DNA of 63,842 nucleotides, counting the filler, from Platydemus manokwari (Eukaryota): assembly GCA_037951405.1 (NCBI GenBank). It is 5 parts of 5 records of this genome, joined end to end, with 100 filler letters (N's around TTAATTAATTAA, not from the genome) between each part and the next. Parts side by side here need not be neighbours in the genome. Positions count along the whole stretch, not along the records: positions 54,819 to 63,842 come from JBBMOY011312872.1; 4 more parts are not named here. One strand, given 5' to 3'. This document shows positions 57,814-63,842 of the stretch, piece after piece. The notes under the pieces are model-generated. The model had not been told where the DNA came from. It saw nothing but the letters and a program-made list of their open reading frames with translations, and did not search any database. Both the position numbers and the translations under genes were made by a program. Position 1 is the stretch's first letter, and each line of letters begins with the position of its first letter.

Positions 57814-60800
57814 TTATGTTTTTCGGACTTTTTTTGACTTTTGTTTTCTCCTAGTTGACGATTTCGAAGATAAATCAGATTCTGATGACGAGAGTTGTTT
57901 TTCTTTTCTTTTGTTTTTCCTCACTCCTTGATAACTAGCTGGAATTTTTGCTGAGCTCATCGAACTATTTTCTGATTCATTGTTCTGTTTTTGTTTCTTG
58001 GATTTATATTTTTTATCTTTTTTATGCTCCTTCCTTCTATCGTTCTCAACCGCAGATGACGATCTGGAATCGGAATCCGTCAAAGAATCCGTCGATTTAT
58101 TACGTTTGGCTTTCATTGAATGCAAACTAGATCTTTTCTGTTTGATTTTGCTCCGCGAATCATTGTCATCTTTGGTGGATTTTTTCTTATTTTTCTGTTT
58201 TGATCTGCTATTATGTCGTCGACCATTGGCAGAATCACAGCTGGTCGATTGTTTTCGTTGACGATTCTTGGAATCATTATCATTTCTTTCGTTCGATTTC
58301 ATGTTTCGTCTGGAAACGGAAGAATCCAAATTCTTTCGAGAACTGTCCTTCCTTGATTCTTCTTTTCTCGATCGATGCTGTTTTCTATTTCTGTCGTCTT
58401 TACTTCCAACCGAACTATCCGAATCTCGATGTTTGCGTTCTTTGTGGATCTTTCGCTTGTATTTATCAGAATGAGAACTCCGCGAACGATCTACCTTGGA
58501 AAGTTTAGAATCTTTATCAGATCTTTTATTGGTATCTACTGTTTGCTTATTATATCTCACATTATTATTATTATTATCGGAATTCGAACTACTAAACCGT
58601 TCATTATGTTGTTTTCTTCGACGTGATTGACTAGTAGATGGATTGGCATTGGAACTATTCGACTCGTTTCGCCTCCTATCATCATTTGCCGATCGCTTAT
58701 GTTCGCCTCTTTTATCATTTTCATAATTTTTCGATTTTTCCTTCAATTTCGACTCAGTCTCCTTGGATGATTGCTGATTTTTATATTTGGGACTTCTCGA
58801 TCTTGATCTTTGATTTGGGCGAGATTTATTTGTTGGCGATTCATTTTTTCTGGGATTTTTGGAAATTTTCCCTTTAGCCGATCGCGATCTTGAACGATTC
58901 TTGGTTGATTCATGATATTTGGATTTCTTGATGGAATCCTTTGAATGCGATCGTTTAATGGATTTCAGCTTCTTTGGACTCAACGATCTTGATTTGCGAG
59001 ATTTCGATTGTTTTATTAAACTGGAATCACTTTTCTTATTCTCGCTTCTCGACGATTCTCGTTTGCGAGGATTTATGATGTCTTTAGTCTTCAATTCATT
59101 CGTTGAGACAGTCAGTGAATTGTCGACATCATTTTGATTATCAGACGAATAACTCGTCTTTGTCTCGTCAACCGTTGACGAGACAGTCGCATCTTCATTT
59201 TTATCGATTTTCATGGAACTTTGAACGGTATTCGATGATGAAACAATGATTTTCTCATCACTAACATCCTTTGATGAAGTTTTCGAGCTTTCTCCAATTT
59301 CCAGCTCCTTATCATCCGGTAAATCTGGAACTTGTGGTTTGTTGATATTTAATTGATCACATTGTTCCGATTCGCTGCGAGAATCTGATTCTGCTGCCCA
59401 ACAATCCTTTGATTGCTTCTTATCATCACCAATATCGTTGGTATTATTGCGATTTCTTTTTTCATCACAGCTTTGACTTCCTTCAGCCTTCCGGTTTCGA
59501 CTTCTTTTACGGCTATTAGAACGCCGACCGGGACTAGCGGAACGCTTCCTGCTTCGAGATCGGTTATATTTATGGAGTGATTTGCGATTCTGGGACGCTC
59601 CAGATGATTTCTTCTGTCCGCTCGTTGATCGATGATTTCGACTTGTCGATCGTTTGGGATTATTCGAATTGGCTGGGGATTTACAATTGGAATTACGATG
59701 TTTGTTTGGACTGGGCGATCGACGATATCGATTGGACAAGGTTCGATGTGGACTGTGCGATCTACGGCTTCGACTATCAGATTTACGAGATCGATTCTGG
59801 TTTGGAGATCGATGCGATCTACTATCGGATCTTTGACGTCGATTACGACTACCGGATCTGTCACGCTGAACATTCTTCGATGATTTACTCTTACTACTGG
59901 TCGATTGGTGATATTTATTTGGTGTAGACGGTCTGTTGACTTTGTTATTATTTGAATGAAGGCACTCGTTTTTGTCTAATGATCCCGATCGTTTACTACC
60001 TGAGCGCCGACGTCTCGTCAGACTACCTGGCTTGATATCTCGACTAGTTGATCGCCTACTTCGATTTGGACTAATGGACTTGCCAGGAGAGTTTGGTTTC
60101 TTGGCTTTATTTTGATTCTGAACATCTTTACTCGTTGATCTTTTCCTATCACTTCGATTATTATTGGGTTTTTCTTTACTGTTTGGTGTGATTTCTGAAC
60201 TTGTTTGATGTCTCTCAGTTTCAGGCGGGCTGCGACTTTTGCTGCGTGACTTTTTGTCCGAATTCTTCGATAGAGGTTTCAGTTCAGTGGATTTTTCACA
60301 TTTGGTACGAGCGGCTTTTGGATCATCTATCGATGTTTGATTATCGGTAGTCAATGATTCCGTTGGTTTGGATTTTGGTGATTTACTTTTCGATCGTTTG
60401 CCCGGACGAGGTTTCGGTGATTTTGATCTGCTGTGTTTACGACCACGAGATAAACTGCGTGATCGTTTCCTACTGTCGGATTTTGAATTAGTTTCATGAG
60501 CTTTCTTCTGACTTAACGATGCAATGGCTGGATTAGCAACTAATGGCTGAGAAATCATTTGTGCCGATCTTAATTTTTGAGGAATAATATATGACATACT
60601 CAGTAATGGATAAGAATTTATTAAACTTGGATTGTTCAATGCTGCAATCATGTTTGGATTTGTTACAGAAGCTAAATTCGACATATCGATATTGATATTC
60701 GACATTGTATTACTTTCGGTCGAAGTGATTTTTGGTGGCAAAAACAATTCTGTATTGGTTTTAGGCTCATTAACAACAAAATCGGCATTTTTAACAATGA

Positions 60801-61282
60801 CACCGGTTGGCAATGTCATAGGTTTAGATTTCTTTGGAAGAATCTTGAGGGCTTTAGCAGGCTCGGATTTAATCTCTAGATCATCAAAAATACTATTTTC
60901 GTCATCGGTTGGTTTAAGTGTGTTGGGTTTAATAATATTAAATTTCAAAGGTCCCTGTGTGCTGGTTGGCAATAACCAACTAGTATCAGGTTCCTGTGGT
61001 GGAGAATTGGATGTTTCGACTAATGGTTTAGTTGATTCATTTTTATCATCAGGTAAAGGAATTTTCATCAATTTCGACTGACGCTTGTTCTTCTTCTTTG
61101 AAACTAAAATTCATCAGAAAATATATAGAAAACAATTGCAACTATTACCTGGTAACGGTATTGCAGTTACATCTATTATATGATCTATTTCTTCATCATT
61201 GTCCCTAGTATAAAAAAGTTGGTTTTAAAATATAGAACATTTCACTTAATTACTCAGTAGGAAAAGCTGGATCATATTCCAT
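57814..61282 (-). CDS. Arg/Ser/Lys-rich, probably disordered nuclear protein (SR-related), 1124 aa
   Basis: Exons: complement(61254-61282, 61149-61204, 57814-61103) = 3375 nt in frame. It starts MEYDPAFPTEDNDEE...IPLP and has many RSRS/RSxSP tracts. No RRM, PWI or cyclophilin domain is visible. Confidence 0.85.
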
Positions 61283-63842
61283 TTTAATTAAATTTATACG
61301 GTTTAAATAATAAAAATAATTTATTTTTTATTTACTTGTACAAGCATAGAATTATTACGAAAATTTAAACAATCAAGGTAATTTATCCAAACTCTAAATA
61401 TTAACTTTATTAATTAAATTAAATTTTTGTAAATAAAATTTGAACAAATTCGATTTAATAATTTTAAATTGAAAGAATTATTTTAGAAAATTATCAAGAT
61501 AAATCTTAGTTTTTTTAGATGGTGAATGAAACTGGTAAGTGGAGAGTTAGAAATATGTTCGATATTTGATATATGTTAGAAATATGTCAACTTAATTAAA
61601 TTTTTTCAATATTAAAGATAATGCAGTTTATAGTATACTATGCCACAAAACAAAAAATAATTGCTTTACAAAATCATCAGTGCGAATGTAATCGAACTCA
61701 CCATTATCGAAAATTATCCAAAGATTTCTGTTAGATTATTATTATATAATTTACAAAATATTTCAAAAAATAAATTTTAGTTTTCACTAAGTTTAGACTC
61801 CTGACTTAGTTATAGACAAATCAAAGTTTTGTATATGCATTATTTAATAAACTTACATATGTTTTTAATTATTTTTTTTATCATTTTTTAATTAAGTTTA
61901 TTAAGTTTTATTGAGCTAGGTAAACATAATTATCTCTCCTGAATCGGACGAAGAGATATAAGCCAAGTTTGAATGTACATTTCAATGAGAGGAATTGGTT
62001 AAATCTTCTCAAAAGATAGAAGCAATGAATTCAATTATATTTGGATTAAGGTAAACATAAAAAAATATTTATAGAAATGTGAATTAGACTGAATTCGAAA
62101 TGAAACAATGTTAGGTATATTCAGTGAACATCACAACCAGCATTAAAAATATGAATAATAATATGAATAATCAACCCCTAAAAATAAAGTAAAAATCCAC
62201 GTCGTCATGGTAATTTTAAAATTTAATTCTTATTACCATGGTGATTTACATATTCCTAAGGCAAAAGTATTAGTGACGTTGAATCACCATGGAAAAAATA
62301 AATTACTAAGGGAGAAAATAAATATTGGAAAGTTAATCATCACTTCCACAAAAAATCTGAGTATATAAACCAAGCCCAAAATTAAGAATTCGCACATTAA
62401 TTTCGTCACATTATTTACCGCACATTCAATTCGCACATTGAACTGTGGAAAAAACTTCATCGCATTCATTTCAGGATATTAATCGCGCATTATCTTCGCT
62501 CATAAGTGACAACATTCTTCTCGAAATAGCCTTAATCTGGTGGAATATTTTAATCAAATCTCATCAGTCAGCTTAGGATTATTCTTCTATAATTCTTCTT
62601 TATTTTCAATCAATTCAATCGGTTAAATTTGCAAATCTATGTCAATGGTAATTTTTATCAATTTAAACTCACTCATCTTCTCGCAAAGCTCGATGAGATG
62701 TGTAGGGCTAAAAACTAATTGTAAAGCCGGAAGGGTTATATACGCAACCTGCTATTCTGATTTGGATCAGATCATTAGTGGAATCTCCATTGTTCTAATT
62801 TTAATCATATCTATCTAACCTATTGTTCGACTAGATAACATTTTTGACTTACTTCATAAGCTTTATTTAGGTGGTTTGATCGTGGGTTTCTGAGGTGGTT
62901 GCTGTTGTTGTTGTTTTTCCTCCATTCACTATCAGAGCTAATAGTGAATTGGGGTTTTTCCTCCTCACTCTCCTCACTGTCTGAGTAGAGCACTAGTTGT
63001 TCTATGTTGCTTTCTCAGCATAATCATATTTTTAAATAATATTTCCATTCATAAACCACATATATATATTTGAAAATGACTTCAGTTCTATGACAGCTTG
63101 CCGAGAAAATGACGAGACATGCAGATACAGAGCTGAAATTGGACAATAAAAGGCATTTTGTTAATGCTATTATCTTATTTCTTAACAGCTTTTTCAAAAA
63201 AATTTAAAAAATTTTTTATTTATTATTGATTATCACAATTTTTGAGATCAATTTTCAGCGATTAAATAAACTGGAATAATATCAATTATTATTAATTTAT
63301 TACCCTTCAAACACGAGTTACATAAAAATTTACTTGAATATTTTATTCTAATCTCATTATACATATGAAATTTGTTTATTGATAATAACCAATCGAATTA
63401 TTTTATTATTACTTAAAAAAAGTGTATAAAATGAAATGAAATGAACAAAACATCCAATGATGTTAATTCTAATATATTTTATTTTGAGTGAAAATAATTA
63501 TTGTGTTAGTATTGAATTAAATGGAGTCGGTGCCAGTTTTCCAAAAGCCGTTTACAGTAGCTGGTTGAATGCGTTCATTGTGAACAGAAGTGCCCATATT
63601 TCGGTTTGTTTTTTGATTTTCTTTATTTAAAAGAGTTTTCTAATAAAATTACTTGATAAGAGTTTAAATATTTGACCTTAAACTCATTTTGGTCAAAAAG
63701 GTAAAGGCGTGTACTTAAACAAGTGGATTAGCAATGGAATTTGAGTTTATGGTTATTAAAAATACTATTGAAATTGGTTTTATATATAAAATATTAACAA
63801 TTACGCTTGATAAAGTCTTGATAAAATGGAATTTCTAACCAA

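Noticed and set aside
57948-61081. Many antisense and alternative-frame ORFs in the RS-rich gene
   Set aside because: Expected from Arg/Ser/Asp codon composition; no independent motifs or splice support.

Overview
Very AT-rich eukaryotic nuclear DNA. GT-AG introns are mostly 42-60 nt, and the transposon mix suggests an invertebrate, plausibly a triclad flatworm (inference only). The window is five contigs joined by four identical 100-bp artificial spacers (44 N + TTAATTAATTAA + 44 N), so adjacency across gaps is unproven. I spliced five intact genes by hand, all on the minus strand and all closing in frame: (1) an unannotated 1307-aa secreted protein; (2) MAPKAPK2 (MK2); (3) RPS16; (4) a ~1299-aa protein with 18 C2H2 fingers; (5) a 1124-aa RS-rich protein. 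SLC25A32 is a sixth intact minus-strand gene. The rest is mostly transposon relics: Ty3/Gypsy pieces (one with LTR, PBS, gag and RT), a mariner fragment, an RLE-type (NeSL/R5-like) non-LTR element lacking RT, and MITEs. The best candidate for a new system is gene 1. It combines a signal peptide, a half C-type lectin domain, 13 helical ~80-aa repeats of an unrecognised family with alternating cationic/hydrophobic linkers, and a furin site that would release a +7, potentially amidated, antimicrobial-like C-terminal peptide.
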